61,165 bases of DNA from Bacteroidales bacterium (GTDB lineage Bacteria > Bacteroidota > Bacteroidia > Bacteroidales > Bacteroidaceae): positions 1 through 61,165 of the forward strand of contig SFPF01000025.1 in the NCBI GenBank assembly GCA_004552155.1, read 5' to 3'. Position numbers and translations under genes: made by a program. The notes under the pieces are model-generated. The model did not search any database, had not been told where the DNA came from, and worked only from the letters and a program-made list of their open reading frames with translations. This document shows positions 60,867-61,165 of this stretch, piece by piece (position 1 is the first letter of the stretch; every line of letters begins with the position of its first letter).

Positions 60867-61165
60867 ATGAGCGATGAACTAAGAATCATCATCAGCGGCG
60901 GAGGCACGGGAGGACATATTTTCCCGGCCGTTTCTATTGCCGATGCCATTCGGCGCAAACGCCCCGAAGCCAAGATTTTATTTGTCGGCGCAGAAGGCAG
61001 AATGGAGATGCAGCGCGTGCCGGCCGCAGGCTATGAAATCAAAGGCCTACCCATTGCCGGTTTCGACCGCAAAAGGCTTTGGAAGAACTTTGCCGTAGTG
61101 ATGAAAATCATAAAGAGCCGCAGACTGGCAGCAGGCATCCTTAAAGACTTTCGCCCGCAGGTGGC
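60867..61165 (+). CDS. murG: MurG glycosyltransferase, 5' part (runs off the window)
   Basis: MSDELRIIISGGGTGGHIFPAVSIA...ILFVGAEGRMEMQRVPAAGY. Confidence 0.93.
   Translation, partial: MSDELRIIISGGGTGGHIFPAVSIADAIRRKRPEAKILFVGAEGRMEMQRVPAAGYEIKGLPIAGFDRKRLWKNFAVVMKIIKSRRLAAGILKDFRPQV

Overview
This is a chromosomal segment of a gut-type Bacteroidales bacterium; Prevotellaceae-like is my inference from gene content and the TAnnTTTG promoters. It is mostly core genome: amidase-mlaD, argR, tRNA-Gln, dnaA, tRNA-Pro, the Phe/Tyr biosynthesis operon, xth-sppA-lpxK-PNP-purA, padR-pspC, ftsH-cdsA, rsfS, an acyl-CoA (de)carboxylase cluster, uvrA, a POT transporter and murG. It also holds host-glycan genes (GH29, SusC/SusD/GH85), a small YhcG island and a prophage tail fragment inside a broken efflux operon. 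Two things stand out. First, the intergenic DNA carries several dispersed, structured repeat families, with no transposase or recombinase gene in the window. These are a ~180-230 bp symmetric 21-bp-period element (4 copies, each with exactly four palindromic cores), an octamer-armed inverted-repeat element (6 full or partial copies), a ~64 bp covarying hairpin (3 copies, one nested inside an octamer element) and two REP/REPIN-like elements. A Phe/Tyr leader-peptide attenuator is also visible. Second, about 20 genes, including dnaA and ftsH, carry abrupt deletions, frameshifts or exact tandem duplications, and the first ~250 bp look foreign. This most likely reflects assembly artefacts, so pseudogene and junction calls need read-level checks. 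All family assignments come from motif recognition by eye, not from database searches.
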